A DNA stretch of 64,000 nt. It comes from Rhabdothermincola salaria (lineage in GTDB: Bacteria; Actinomycetota; Acidimicrobiia; Acidimicrobiales; Acidimicrobilacustridaceae). The notes under the pieces were generated by a model. It ran no database searches. It had not been told where the DNA came from and saw only the letters and a list, made by a program, of their open reading frames with translations. The DNA lies in contig NZ_JAJQXW010000002.1 of assembly GCF_021246445.1 (NCBI RefSeq), positions 1 through 64,000 on the forward strand, read 5' to 3'. A program made the position numbers and the translations under genes. How positions within the stretch are numbered: position 1 is the first letter of the stretch; each line of letters starts with the position of its first letter. Of the stretch, positions 27,460 to 36,452 are shown in pieces.

Positions 27460-27650
27460 GGGCCCGATGGTATCAAAGTGACACTTCCCATGATGCGCCG
27501 TCGAGTGACGGTTCCGAGGGCAGCATCGGTGCAACCCGCTACCACCGACCATGGCGACGTGGCCATCGCTGGGCCGCGGTTGTTGCCCGCCAGTGGACCG
27601 ATCCTGTTCGCCGCCGACCGGCGAGCGGGAGCGGGCGCCCCGGCGGCGCT

Positions 27651-27667
27651 CTGGATGAAATATGCAA
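27651..27667. promoter_or_regulatory. 7-3-7 palindromic operator candidate, site A
   Basis: CTGGATG-AAA-TATGCAA; overlaps the -10 of the gene at 27678. Confidence 0.6.
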
Positions 27668-27677
27668 AGATGCCTCG

Positions 27678-28928
27678 GTGATCACCGACGACGGCATCGC
27701 CCAGCTCCGCCGGCGCATCGGGGTGCCCCGCCCGCACTCGGCACCGCCTCGCTACCTCAGCCCCAACAGCGACGCCTTCCGCCACGTGGCCCTGGCCTAC
27801 GGCGACGACAACCCTCTGTGGTGCGACCCCTCCTACGGCGCCTCCACCCGGTGGGGCGGCCCCATCGCCTCGCCCCACCTGGTGGGCGGCGACACCCTCA
27901 TCGGCGAGGACGAGGTCACCCGCCTCGAGGGCGACACCAGGGCCCTCATGAAGGGCGACCCCCTCGGCGGCGTGCACGCCTTCTACTCGGGCTCGCACCG
28001 GGAGTGGTGGAACCCACTGCTGCCGGACACCCGGGTCAGCCGCCGCAACGCCCTCGTCGGGGTCCACGACAAGGCCAGCGACTTCGCCGAGCGAGCGGTG
28101 CACGAGTGGTTCGCCGAGGTCTTCGGCGCGGTCGACGGCCCCATGCTCTCGGGCCAGTACCGGCTCATGATCCGCACCGAGCGCCAGAAGGCGCGCGAGC
28201 GCAAGGCCAACGACGACGTCGAGATCCGGCCCTACACCGACGACGAGATCGAGGCCATCGAAGAGGCCGTGGCCGGCGAACGCGACCGTCGTCGGGGCGC
28301 CGAACCCCGTTGGTGGGAGGAGGTCGAGGAGGGCGACGAGCTGCCCACCCTGGTCAAGGGCCCGCTGCGCATCACCGACATGGTGGTGTGGCACACCGGT
28401 GTGGGCATGGGGCTCTACGGCGTGTCGGGGCTACGCCAGAACGTCGACCACCACCGGCGCATGCCCCGGTTCTTCAAGCGCGACGAGCTCAACGTGCCCG
28501 ATGTGCAGCAACGCCTCCACTGGGATCCCGAGTGGGCCAAGCGGGCCGGCAACCCCACCTCCTACGACTACGGCCGGATGCGTGAGACCTGGCTCATCCA
28601 CCTGTGCACCGACTGGATGGGCGACGACGCCTGGCTCTGGAAGCTCGACTGCCAGTTCCGCAAGTTCAATTACGTGGGCGACACCCACTGGATGCGGGGC
28701 ACGGTCACCCGCAAGTACCTCGCCGAGGGCGACCGCCCTGCGGTCGACCTCGACGTGTGGGGTGAGAACCAGCGCGGCGAGACCACCACCCCCGGCCACG
28801 CCACCGTGCTGCTGCCCTCCCGTGAGCACGGCGAGGTGCGCCTGCCCGACCCTCCCGGCGGGGCCACCACCTGCCAGGAGACCCTCGACGCCCTGGCCGC
28901 CCGCTTCGCCGCCGACGAGCAGGCCTGA
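27678..28928 (+). CDS. Double hot-dog MaoC-like dehydratase
   Basis: ALAYGDDNPLW...RWGGPIASP (MaoC N-terminal type), then EEVEEGDELP...LHWDPEWAKRAG. Confidence 0.8.
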   Translation: MITDDGIAQLRRRIGVPRPHSAPPRYLSPNSDAFRHVALAYGDDNPLWCDPSYGASTRWGGPIASPHLVGGDTLIGEDEVTRLEGDTRALMKGDPLGGVHAFYSGSHREWWNPLLPDTRVSRRNALVGVHDKASDFAERAVHEWFAEVFGAVDGPMLSGQYRLMIRTERQKARERKANDDVEIRPYTDDEIEAIEEAVAGERDRRRGAEPRWWEEVEEGDELPTLVKGPLRITDMVVWHTGVGMGLYGVSGLRQNVDHHRRMPRFFKRDELNVPDVQQRLHWDPEWAKRAGNPTSYDYGRMRETWLIHLCTDWMGDDAWLWKLDCQFRKFNYVGDTHWMRGTVTRKYLAEGDRPAVDLDVWGENQRGETTTPGHATVLLPSREHGEVRLPDPPGGATTCQETLDALAARFAADEQA

Positions 28929-28969
28929 GGGGCGAGGCCCGACGGGCGAGGCGCGACGACGGGCGACCG

Positions 28970-30064
28970 CTAGAACGCGTGGCGGGGGAGGGTGAGCGGC
29001 AGGTCGAGCGAGCTCACCAGCCCGGGCTCGGCGTCGACCACCGCCGGGATGGCGTTGACGATCCGCATGGTGGTGGCCACCATGCCCTCGTCGCTGAACG
29101 TCTCCGGCGTGCCCACGGTGAGCTCGGCCTGCATCCCCGGATCGCCCTCGACGACGACCCGGTAGGTGCCGTCGCGATCCGCGGTGGGCCACTCGGGAGC
29201 CACATCGGCGGCCATGCGGTTGACGTGCTCGATGACGATGGCGTCGCGTCCGCCCACCACGCCGATGGTCTCGAAGCGCACCGCCCCCACCGTCCCGGCC
29301 TCGATGACCCCGCAGGCCACCTCGAGACGTCGGGGGGTGACGGCCCGCTCGTAGGTCTCGCGCACCTCGTCGAGCTCGACCCCCATGGCGGCCGCCACCA
29401 TGCGCACCGGTGGGCCCCAGGTGCCGGCCTGTGCACCCGGGGTGGCCATCAGCGGCGTGTGGTCGAGCGGCTGGCCGAACCCGAACACCTCGCGCATGGT
29501 GAACTCCACCGGGTAGCCGTGGTAGCCGAAGATCTCCTGGACGCGCACCGACTCCACCCGTCGGGACATGGTGAGCAGGGTGAGCACGAACTGGTCGCCG
29601 GCGAAGCCGGGTTCGATGCCCGACGCGTACAACGTGGCCCCGCCGGCGGCGGCTGCGTCCTCGAGCCGTCGACGCAATGCCGGCTGGTAGGCGGGCGGGA
29701 ACACCAGGCCGGCCGAGGTCACCGTGACCACGTCGATGCCGGCGGCCAAGAACCGTTCGTAGTCATCGGCGGCGGCGGCGTCGAGCCCCGGACCGCTGGC
29801 CGCGTAGCAGATGCAGTCGGGGGCCAGGCCCACCAGCGCCTCGGCGTCGCCCGTGGCGGTCACACCGATCGGCCCGATGCCGACCAGCTCGCCCGCATCC
29901 CGACCGTCCTTGTCCGCGGCGTGCACCCACACCCCGACGAGCTCGAGGTCGGGGCGGTCGGCGACGGCGGCGACGGCTCGGGCGCCCACGCCCCCGGTGC
30001 CCCACACCACCACCCGTAGCGGGCGGTCGGCGGTCATCTCGGTCGTGGCCTCGTGCGTGCTCAC
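28970..30064 (-). CDS. DapB-like / 2,4-diaminopentanoate dehydrogenase-like NAD(P) oxidoreductase
   Basis: VVVWGTGGVG, SGIEPGF, MRIVNAIPAV; GTGA overlap with the upstream ligase. Confidence 0.8.
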   Translation of the reverse strand: MSTHEATTEMTADRPLRVVVWGTGGVGARAVAAVADRPDLELVGVWVHAADKDGRDAGELVGIGPIGVTATGDAEALVGLAPDCICYAASGPGLDAAAADDYERFLAAGIDVVTVTSAGLVFPPAYQPALRRRLEDAAAAGGATLYASGIEPGFAGDQFVLTLLTMSRRVESVRVQEIFGYHGYPVEFTMREVFGFGQPLDHTPLMATPGAQAGTWGPPVRMVAAAMGVELDEVRETYERAVTPRRLEVACGVIEAGTVGAVRFETIGVVGGRDAIVIEHVNRMAADVAPEWPTADRDGTYRVVVEGDPGMQAELTVGTPETFSDEGMVATTMRIVNAIPAVVDAEPGLVSSLDLPLTLPRHAF

Positions 30065-31416
30065 GGGGTCCCCTCCTGGTAGGTGGCGGCCAACTGTCGA
30101 CGCAGCACCTTGCCCACCTCGCTGCGGGGGAGCTCGTCGACCCAACGGACAGCGACCGGCACCTTGTAGGGCACCAGGTGCTCGCGGCAGTGGGCGACCA
30201 GCTCGTCGTCGCCGACCTGCTCGCCGACCACGAACGCCACCGGCACCTCGCCCAGGCGCTCGTCGGGCACCCCCACGACGGCCGCGTCGGCGATCTGGGG
30301 GTGCAGGCGCAGCACCTCCTCCACCGCATCGGGGAAGACCTTGTTGCCGCCCCGGTTGATGAGGTCGCTGGCCCGCCCCTCGATCCACACGAAGCCCTCG
30401 TCGTCGACCCGGGCCAGATCGCCGGTGTCGAGGAAGCCGTCGACGTCGCGGCGCTCGTCGAGGCCGACCGCGGCGTTGGGCGGCTTCACCCAGAGGTGGT
30501 CGTCGGCGTCGACGCGGATCTCGACGCCCGGCAGCGGGCGACCGGCGGCACCGACCTTCTCGGGGTGGGCCTTGGCATCGGCCGCGGTCCAGCCGACGAC
30601 CTCGCCCATCTCGGCCTGGCCGTAGCTGTTCAGCACGTGCACACCCTCGAACTTCGCCGCGAAGCGCCGGGCCTGCAGCGGCGAGAGCGGAGCGGTGATG
30701 GAGCGGACGTAGCGCAGCGGGGCGAGGTCGTCGACGTCGGAGTCGGTGAGCATCGACATCGCCGCCGGCGGGAGCACGGTGGAGCGGATCTGGAACCGAT
30801 CGACGAGCTCGGCGAAGGCGCCGGGTTCGAAGCGGTCCATGAGCACCAGGGCGGCGCCGGCCCGCAGACCGAACAGCGCGTTGTAGATGCCGGCGTTGAG
30901 AGCCATCGACACCGGGATGAGGTTGGGGGTGGGCGGCCGGTCGGAGGTTCGGCCGGCGCGCAGCGGACCCAGCACGCGGTCGAGCAGCTCGAGGTAGGCC
31001 TCGTGGGTGTGCAGGATCGGCTTGGGCCGACCGGTCGTACCGGAGGTCCACACCACGAAGGCCACGCCCGGATCGAAGCGTCGGGGCTCGCCGTCGAGCA
31101 CCGTGCTGCCCGATTCGGTGACCAGCAGGGCGGGGCGGGTCTCGGCCACCACGGCGTCGACCTCGCGGCGGGGCAGGCGGGGGTTCACCGGGACGTACAC
31201 CCCACCGGCTGCCCACACCGCGGCCATCGTGCACACCAGCTCGGGACCGTTGGGCAACATCACCGCCACGCCCTGACCGGGTTCGATGGCCAGCTCGGCG
31301 GCCAGCTCCCGGACCCGGGCCCGGGCCTCCCCCGCGCTCGTCGAGGTGGTGACGGTGTGCAGGAGCCCTTCGTCGTCGGCGAATGGGTGCTCGAGCAACA
31401 GATCGGCCAGGTTCAC
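30061..31416 (-). CDS. Class I adenylate-forming enzyme (acyl-CoA ligase)
   Basis: WTSGTTGRPK, SYGQAE, DTGDLA, PRSEVGK; GGAGGAGG SD. Confidence 0.9.
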   Translation of the reverse strand: MNLADLLLEHPFADDEGLLHTVTTSTSAGEARARVRELAAELAIEPGQGVAVMLPNGPELVCTMAAVWAAGGVYVPVNPRLPRREVDAVVAETRPALLVTESGSTVLDGEPRRFDPGVAFVVWTSGTTGRPKPILHTHEAYLELLDRVLGPLRAGRTSDRPPTPNLIPVSMALNAGIYNALFGLRAGAALVLMDRFEPGAFAELVDRFQIRSTVLPPAAMSMLTDSDVDDLAPLRYVRSITAPLSPLQARRFAAKFEGVHVLNSYGQAEMGEVVGWTAADAKAHPEKVGAAGRPLPGVEIRVDADDHLWVKPPNAAVGLDERRDVDGFLDTGDLARVDDEGFVWIEGRASDLINRGGNKVFPDAVEEVLRLHPQIADAAVVGVPDERLGEVPVAFVVGEQVGDDELVAHCREHLVPYKVPVAVRWVDELPRSEVGKVLRRQLAATYQEGTP

Positions 31417-31463
31417 CAGCACCTCCTCCGTGCGGGCGCGCGGCGCCGCCCCGGGTCGTGGCT

Positions 31464-33617
31464 TCAGCGGATGAGGGGGTCTCGGGGCAGGCCGAGGATG
31501 CGCTCGCCGATCTGGTTCCGCTTGATCTCGGAGGTGCCGCCGGCGATGGACATGGCCCGGTGCATCAGCGACACGTTGGCGGCGATGGAACCGGGCCCGT
31601 CGAGGAACGTGCCCTCCGGGCCGGCGAGGGCCTGGAGGACGGCGGCCGCCTCGTGGGCGTTCTCGGTGAGCACCAGCTTGGTCACCGCCCCCTCCGGGCC
31701 CGGCGCCCCACCGGCCACGGCCCGCTGGGCCCGGCGCACGTTCATGGTGGCGATGGACTGGGCGTCGGCGACGTAGCGCCCCACCCGGCCGGCGCCCCCG
31801 GCCAGGAGGTGAGGCGCTTCGTCGAGCGCGGCGATGAGCAGCTCGCCCGGGATGTTCATGGCGCCCTGGCCGTCGCCGAGGCTCACGCTCTCGTTGCCCA
31901 GCGTGGCCCGGGCCACGGTCCAGCCGTCGTCGACCTGGCCGACCACGTCGTCGTCGGGCACGAACACGTCGTCGAAGAAGACCTCGTTGAACTCGGACCC
32001 GCCGCTCGGCATGCGCAACGGACGGATCTCGACGCCGGACGACTCGAGGTCGATCACCATGGTGGTGATGCCGCTGTGCTTGGCCACGTCGGGGTTGGTG
32101 CGCACGGTGGCCAGGCCCCAGCGGGCCACGTGGGCCCCGCTGGTCCAGACCTTCTGGCCGTTGATCAGCCAGCCACCGTCGACCCGGGTGGCCTTGGTCT
32201 TCACGCCGGCGGCGTCGGAGCCCGCATCGGGCTCGGAGAAGAGCTGGCACCAGATCAGCTCCTGGTCGAGCGCCGGGCGCACCCAGCGGGCGATCTGGTC
32301 CTCGGTGGCGTGCTGGATGAGCGTGAGGATGACCCAGCCGGTGATGCTGTACGAGGGCTTCTTGACCCCGGCGGCGGCGAACTCCTCTTCGATGACGAGC
32401 TGCTCGACGGGCCCGGCCCCGCGGCCCCACGGGGTGGGCCAGTGAGGCACGGCGTACCCCTTGTCGACCATGACCTTGGTGCGAGCGGCGTCGTCGAGGT
32501 CGGCGACCTCGGCGACGAAGGCGCGCACCTCGTCGCGGATGGCTTCGGCCTCGGGCGGGAGCTCGACCGAGCGGGCCAGGCGGACCCCGGCCCGGTGCAG
32601 GTCGGTGACGTCGCGGGCGGCGGCCTCGGCGTCGACGACCGCGGCGATGGCCAGCGCCCGGCGCAGGTAGAGGTGGGCGTCGTGCTCCCAGGTGAACCCG
32701 ATGCCGCCGTGCACCTGGATGTCGAGGTTGGCGGTGAGGTCGGCCGCGGGGACGGCCGAGGCGGCGGCCATGGCCGCCGCGTAGCTGCGGTCGTCGCCGG
32801 TGGAGCCGCCGACCCGGGCGGCCTCCCACACCAGCGAGCGGGCCTTCTCGGCGGCCACGAACATGTTGGCGCAGTGGTGCTTGACCGCCTGGAAGGTGGC
32901 GATGGGCCGGCCGAACTGCTGACGCTCCTTGGCGTAGGCGGCGGCCAGATCGGTGCAGGCCCCGGCCACCCCGGCGGCCTCGGCGGCGAGCAGGATGCGG
33001 GCCAGGTCGCGCAGCACCCGGGCCCCGCCGGCGAGGACGTCGACCGGGGCGCCGTCGAGGACCACCCGCGCGGACCGGCGGGCAGGATCGAGGTTGGGCG
33101 GGACCGTGACGGTGACGCCGTCGACGCTCGCGTCGAGCACGACCACGTCGTCGCCGGCGGTGAGCACCAGGAGATCGGCGAGGCCCGCACCGAGGGCGAC
33201 GGCGGAACCGAACGCCTTGCCGTCGGACACGTCGATCTCACCCTCGAGGGCGATGCCGGCCACGACGGAGCCGTCGGCCAGGCCGGGCAGCAGCCGGGCC
33301 ACCATGTCGTCGGGGGCCACCTCGGCGAGCGTGGCGCTGGCCACCACGGTCGGCACGAAGGGGCCGGGGGCCACGACCCGACCGAGCTGTTCGACCACGA
33401 CCGCCAGCTCGAGCAGACCGAAGCCGGACCCGCCGTGGGCCTCGGGGAGGTGCAGGCCCAGCCATCCGAGCTCGGCGAGAGCGGACCAGAACGGCGGGAG
33501 CTCTTCGGTGTCGGACTCCAACAGCTGTCGGGCCGCGCCGAGCGCGTCGTGCTTGGTGACGACATCGGCGGCGACCTCGGCCAGGGCGATGTGGTCCTCG
33601 GTCAGGGCGATGGACAT
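31464..33617 (-). CDS. Fused two-module acyl-CoA dehydrogenase (FadE22/FadE34-like)
   Basis: First module RQQFGRPIATFQ...HGGIGFTWEHD; second module [13 protein letters not shown]...IAGGTSEI; 717 aa. Confidence 0.9.
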   Translation of the reverse strand: MSIALTEDHIALAEVAADVVTKHDALGAARQLLESDTEELPPFWSALAELGWLGLHLPEAHGGSGFGLLELAVVVEQLGRVVAPGPFVPTVVASATLAEVAPDDMVARLLPGLADGSVVAGIALEGEIDVSDGKAFGSAVALGAGLADLLVLTAGDDVVVLDASVDGVTVTVPPNLDPARRSARVVLDGAPVDVLAGGARVLRDLARILLAAEAAGVAGACTDLAAAYAKERQQFGRPIATFQAVKHHCANMFVAAEKARSLVWEAARVGGSTGDDRSYAAAMAAASAVPAADLTANLDIQVHGGIGFTWEHDAHLYLRRALAIAAVVDAEAAARDVTDLHRAGVRLARSVELPPEAEAIRDEVRAFVAEVADLDDAARTKVMVDKGYAVPHWPTPWGRGAGPVEQLVIEEEFAAAGVKKPSYSITGWVILTLIQHATEDQIARWVRPALDQELIWCQLFSEPDAGSDAAGVKTKATRVDGGWLINGQKVWTSGAHVARWGLATVRTNPDVAKHSGITTMVIDLESSGVEIRPLRMPSGGSEFNEVFFDDVFVPDDDVVGQVDDGWTVARATLGNESVSLGDGQGAMNIPGELLIAALDEAPHLLAGGAGRVGRYVADAQSIATMNVRRAQRAVAGGAPGPEGAVTKLVLTENAHEAAAVLQALAGPEGTFLDGPGSIAANVSLMHRAMSIAGGTSEIKRNQIGERILGLPRDPLIR

Positions 33618-33815
33618 GGTTGCGACCTCGAGTACTCGAACGGAGCGGTGGCGGGCGAGCCCATGATGGGCCGACGAGCGAGCGGGGCGCCCGGCGAGAG
33701 CCGGATTTCCCCGGTGGTGGATGATCGGTGCTCGGCTGCGGAGGTGGCCGGCCGCCGTGCGTGCCGTCGACCGCCAGCCGACGCGGAGCCGGCGGACCCC
33801 GATGGTCGGCCGTCG

Positions 33816-33832
33816 AAGTATAAAACATACGA
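33816..33832. promoter_or_regulatory. 7-3-7 palindromic operator candidate, site B
   Basis: AAGTATA-AAA-CATACGA upstream of the ACAD-ligase-dehydrogenase operon. Confidence 0.55.
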
Positions 33833-33868
33833 CGGTGCCATGAGCGGCCGCAGCCTCTCGCCCGACGC

Positions 33869-33905
33869 GCCAGGGCCGTCGGTCGAGACGACCGACGGCC
33901 CTGGC
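33869..33905 (-). terminator. 17-bp stem-loop downstream of the amidohydrolase
   Basis: GCCAGGGCCGTCGGTCG-aga-CGACCGACGGCCCTGGC. Confidence 0.65.
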
Positions 33906-33930
33906 CTCGAGCGGGAACCGGGTGGGTGGA

Positions 33931-35115
33931 TCAGGCCGGGCGGCGCTGCACCAGGCTCTTGCAGTTGTCGTACATGATGAGGCGCTGCTCGTCCTCGGGG
34001 TACCCGGCCTCGGTGAGGTCGTCGGTGAAGGAGTGCGGATCGGCCAGGCCCTCGGTGTGGGGCCAGTCCGAGCCCAACAGCAGGTGGTCCGAGCCCATGA
34101 TGCCGCGCAGCGCGGCGAGGTCGTTCTCGTAGAACGGCGACACCCACACGTTGCGCTTGAAGACCTCTCGGGGGTCCTCGGCGAAGGCCTTGGGGGTCTG
34201 GCTGTAGAGCTTGCCCAGGCGCTTGAGCAGCGGCGCCACCCAGTCGGCACCGGTCTCGATGGTGGCGAAGCGGATGTGGGGGAAGCGCCCCATGAGGCCG
34301 TGCAGGATGAGGGCGGCGAAGGTGTCGGCCACGGCGTCGTGCGACAGCGCGGCGCGCAGGGGCTCGAAGCGGTGGGCCTCCATCTCGGCGCCCTCGCCCC
34401 ACATGGTGATGAGGTCCATGTAGGCGTTGCCGCCGCCGTGGTAGGCGACGGTGACACCCGACTCCTGCACCTTGGCCCAGAACGGGTCGAAGCGGGGGTC
34501 GGCCGGGCTCTTCATGCCCTCGGCGGTGAGCACCGGACCGGTCTGCAGCAGGATCACGCGAGCGTCGCGCTCGAGCACCCACTCGAGCTGCTCGATGGCG
34601 TTGTCGACGTCGGACAGCGTGAGGTAGGGCACGGCGAAGATGCGCTCTTCGTAGGCGAAACCCCAGTCCTCGTCCATCCACTTGTTGAAGGCGCGGAACG
34701 CGGCCCGGGCGGCCGGCAGGTCATCGCGCAGGGCCATCTCCATGCCGACGCCCAGCGTGGGGAAGAACAGGGCCCCTTCGATGCCCAGCTGATCCATGGT
34801 CTTGAGCCGGATCTCGCGGTCGCGGTAGGCGGGATCGCACGGCTCGAGCTCGCCGAAGAGGTCCTTGACGCTGTCGCCCTTGGGGTTGTTGCCCCGGAAG
34901 TACTGCTCGAGGCTGCCCGGCGCGCTGAGGCGGTCGAAGGTGGGGTTGGGGATGAACCGGTTGATCTTGCCGCCGACGAGCAGCATCTGGCGGCCGTTGA
35001 CCTCGGCCCACTGCATGGCCCGCTTGGCGTACTCCGGCTCGATGTGGCGGGTGAAGGCGTCGAGCGCCTCGTAGTAGTGGTTGTCGGCGTCGAACACGCG
35101 CATCTCGTCGGACAT
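33931..35115 (-). CDS. Amidohydrolase_2 family protein
   Basis: FDADNHYYE, FFPTLG, LGSDWPHTEG. Confidence 0.9.
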   Translation of the reverse strand: MSDEMRVFDADNHYYEALDAFTRHIEPEYAKRAMQWAEVNGRQMLLVGGKINRFIPNPTFDRLSAPGSLEQYFRGNNPKGDSVKDLFGELEPCDPAYRDREIRLKTMDQLGIEGALFFPTLGVGMEMALRDDLPAARAAFRAFNKWMDEDWGFAYEERIFAVPYLTLSDVDNAIEQLEWVLERDARVILLQTGPVLTAEGMKSPADPRFDPFWAKVQESGVTVAYHGGGNAYMDLITMWGEGAEMEAHRFEPLRAALSHDAVADTFAALILHGLMGRFPHIRFATIETGADWVAPLLKRLGKLYSQTPKAFAEDPREVFKRNVWVSPFYENDLAALRGIMGSDHLLLGSDWPHTEGLADPHSFTDDLTEAGYPEDEQRLIMYDNCKSLVQRRPA

Positions 35116-35294
35116 CTGGTGGTCCCCTCTCCCCGGCCGGACTCTGGATCCCCGGCGCTGACTGAACTCTGATTCTAGTCCAGGAGGGCCGGACGACCAA
35201 CGCCCGCCGGGGTTTCTCCTGCGGTCGGACGCCGCCGTACCCTTCGGGGGCAGCGCGTGACCGGGCGCGCCGCACCGTCCACCGGGGGGACACC

Positions 35295-36383
35295 GTGACC
35301 GACAGCCCACTGACCGTCTGCGACACGCCCGAGGAGCTCACGGCGGCCTGGCTCACCGCGGCCCTCGGCACCGCCGGGGTCGCCACCCCCGTCACCGCCA
35401 GCCGCTTCGAGCGGGTCGGCACCGGCCAGATGGGCACCAGCTACCGCCTCTGGCTCGAGTACGCCGATCCCGAGGCCGCGGCCGCCGAGGGCGCCCCCGC
35501 CACACTGGTGGCCAAGATGGCCGCGGGCGATGCGGCCACCCGGGCGGTCATCGGCGACGGCTACCGCAACGAGGTGAGCTTCTACCAGGAGCTGGCCGAC
35601 ACCCTGGCCGTGCGCACCCCTCGTTGCTGGTACGCCGACATCACCGACGACAACACCTGCTTCGTCCTCCTGCTCGACGACCTGGCGCCCGCCACCCCCG
35701 GCGACCAGGTTCGGGGCTGCTCGGTGGAGGAGGCCACCCATGCGGTGATCAACCTCGCCGGCCTGCACGGCCCCCGCTGGCGCGACGAGGCCCTGCTGGA
35801 GCTGCCCTGGCTCTCGCGCCACGAGCGCGAGGGAGCCGAATTCTACGCCCAGGTCCTGGCCGGGGCCATCCCCACCTTCCTCGACCGCTTCGGCGATCGC
35901 ATGGCCGCCGAGGACCCCACCACCCTCGGCGAGGTGCCCGAGCACCTGGCCGACTGGCTGCTCACCCGTCCCGAGCGCTTCGCCGTGATCCACGGCGACT
36001 ACCGCCCCGACAACCTCATGTTCCCCGCCCACGGCCCCGGCGTCTCGGCCGTCGACTGGCAGACGTTGGCGCTCGGGCTGCCGGGGCGCGACGTGGGCTA
36101 CTTCCTGGCCACCAGCCTCGAGGTACCGGTCCGCCGAGAGCACGAGCGCAGCCTCGTCGGCGCCTACCACGAGGCGCTGATCGCCCACGGCGTCGACGAC
36201 TTCACCCTCGAGGAGTGCTTCGAGGACTACCGCTTGGGGGTGGTGCAGGGTCCGCTCATCACCGTGCTCGGCGCCGTGTACGCCACTGACCCGACCGAGG
36301 CCAGCGACGCCATGTTCACCGCCATGATCACCCGCTCGCTGGCCGCCATCCGCGACCTGCGCCCCTTCGACCTGCTCGAGTGA
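35295..36383 (+). CDS. APH/EcKinase-like phosphotransferase
   Basis: VGTGQMG, EVSFY, IHGDYRPDN, VDWQ. Confidence 0.88.
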   Translation: MTDSPLTVCDTPEELTAAWLTAALGTAGVATPVTASRFERVGTGQMGTSYRLWLEYADPEAAAAEGAPATLVAKMAAGDAATRAVIGDGYRNEVSFYQELADTLAVRTPRCWYADITDDNTCFVLLLDDLAPATPGDQVRGCSVEEATHAVINLAGLHGPRWRDEALLELPWLSRHEREGAEFYAQVLAGAIPTFLDRFGDRMAAEDPTTLGEVPEHLADWLLTRPERFAVIHGDYRPDNLMFPAHGPGVSAVDWQTLALGLPGRDVGYFLATSLEVPVRREHERSLVGAYHEALIAHGVDDFTLEECFEDYRLGVVQGPLITVLGAVYATDPTEASDAMFTAMITRSLAAIRDLRPFDLLE

Positions 36384-36414
36384 TCCCGGGCCGGCGAGCC
36401 CGGCCCAGACACCC

Positions 36415-36445
36415 GGCCCGGTCGACCCCACCGGTCGACCGGGCC
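36415..36445. terminator. Hairpin between convergent genes
   Basis: GGCCCGGTCGACC-ccacc-GGTCGACCGGGCC. Confidence 0.55.
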
Positions 36446-36452
36446 CGCAGCG

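Noticed and set aside
33628..33639. Perfect palindrome TCGAGTACTCGA before the fused ACAD
   Set aside because: Single occurrence built from the very common TCGA word; no matching sites were found.
31383..33977. Long antisense and alternate-frame ORFs (also 58642-60771, 60811-62889, 17657-19765 and many others)
   Set aside because: Stop-poor frames expected in high-GC coding DNA; low-complexity R/G/P or antisense-pattern composition with no motifs.
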